Origin: Octopus sinensis | Lineage: Eukaryota | NCBI RefSeq assembly: GCF_006345805.1 | Contig: NC_043020.1 | Span: 13,640,001 to 13,704,000 of the forward strand | Direction of reading: 5' to 3' | Length of the DNA stretch: 64,000 bases | Shown here: in pieces, positions 62,871 through 64,000 of the stretch | How positions within the stretch are numbered: position 1 is the stretch's first letter | How the letters are laid out: each line of letters starts with the position of its first letter | Position numbers and translations under genes: made by a program | Notes under the pieces: model-generated | Database searches by the model: none | The model's input: the letters and a program-made list of their open reading frames with translations, nothing else | Told to the model about the DNA's origin: nothing

Positions 62871-63179
62871 TCTTTATATATAAAATTGAAGTTATGTGTG
62901 TGTGAGACTCTGTCTCCTCCGATTTAGATTCCTAACTACTCCCACATTTTGCGGTGCAGTTTAACCAAAAGCGGGTATCTTATAGTTGTCATTCATATTG
63001 AGCCCTTCTGGGTATTAGCGCGCGTCTACGATGAGTCTACAATTTAAAAAAAAATTTACCATCATTTTTCTGCATTTTTAATGATTTTTGCTCGGGTTAT
63101 ATAAGGGAAGTAACTCTCTAAAAATGCTTATATAGTTATTTCCCTTACAAACCTGAGCAACGCCGGGCGATACTGCTAG
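62871..63179 (+). mobile_element. Non-autonomous Helitron (internally deleted relative of 18765-19266)
   Basis: A|TC ... hairpin ... CTAG|T. Confidence 0.85.
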
Positions 63180-64000
63180 TATATATATATATATAATATA
63201 TATATATAACATCTGTAAAGATTGTGCAGGGGTTAGGTACATGAGTGTTTATGCATTTAGGGGAAAGAATGAGATTCATTCAACTAAAATTTCAAGGTGT
63301 TGCTCCAGCATGGCTGCAGTCTAATCACTGAAACAAGTAAAAGATGAAACATGCTGATGATATACATGGTAAGCTTCTTACAGTTTCCCTCTACTAAGTC
63401 CACTTACAATATTGTGATTGGCTGTGGGCTATAGTAAAAGACACTTGCCCATGGTGCCAAGCAGTGGGACTGAACCCAGAACCATATGGTTGGGAAGTGA
63501 ATTTCTTCACCACACACAGATACATAGATATATGTACATGCATGCATATACATATACACACTCACCCTGTGTGTGTGTGTGTGAATATATGAGCTGTAGG
63601 CAGTTCTGGAAAGAAACCCATTTAATTCCAGTTGCCTGACCAAAATAAATTCAGTAAACCAAGCATTTTAGTGTTTAGCCTACAGCTAAATGTAAGCTGA
63701 TATTTGATTGGTTGGCTATTTTCATACAGAAACTGCTAACCATTGCTGTTAGTAAACCATGGGAAAGTAATTAAACCACATAATCAGGATTTCAAACCGG
63801 AGGGGTGCAAATCACACGATTCAGTTTGGATGGCCACATATATTACTCAAAATTTTATTTCCAATTCTTAATTATGGTTATTTAATTATTAGATTGCTTG
63901 TGTTCATTAAACATTAAATATTTACTTCTGTTTATGATTAATTGCTTTTTATAAACCATTTTTGCTTATATTTCATTATTTATTTAATAATAAGACGAGT

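Overview
AT-rich, repeat-saturated animal DNA, very probably Octopus (inferred from the tRNA-derived SINE families and microsatellite load; not checked against a database). Only one host coding exon is recognisable: a 165-bp phase 0/0 exon of GOPC (PIST/CAL) at 37958-38122 (+), so most or all of the window is probably GOPC intron, with a 100-N assembly gap at 53562-53661. The rest is an archive of mobile elements. It holds four or more SINE families (labelled A, B, D, E here) with shuffled modules, a SINE-like family G, several RTE-clade LINE fragments (family C = their 3' UTR), a CR1-like fragment, a full-length but stop-disabled Tc1 (DD34E) element with IR/DR ends, piggyBac-, mariner- and Merlin/MULE-type MITEs, non-autonomous Helitrons and very large micro/minisatellites. 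The most interesting signal is a set of minimal type I hammerhead ribozyme (HHR) motifs with palindromic stem III. One is near-intact (4947-5070), one lies directly 3' of a Penelope-like GIY-YIG ORF remnant, and several sit in inverted-repeat pairs. This points to several HHR-carrying Penelope-like element (PLE) or retrozyme-like families. HHRs in PLEs are known in other animals, so any novelty is lineage-level. All long ORFs in the supplied track that are built from microsatellites are artefacts. There is no CRISPR, rRNA or genuine tRNA gene. Coordinates of repeats were read by eye and are approximate to a few bases; family labels are my own.
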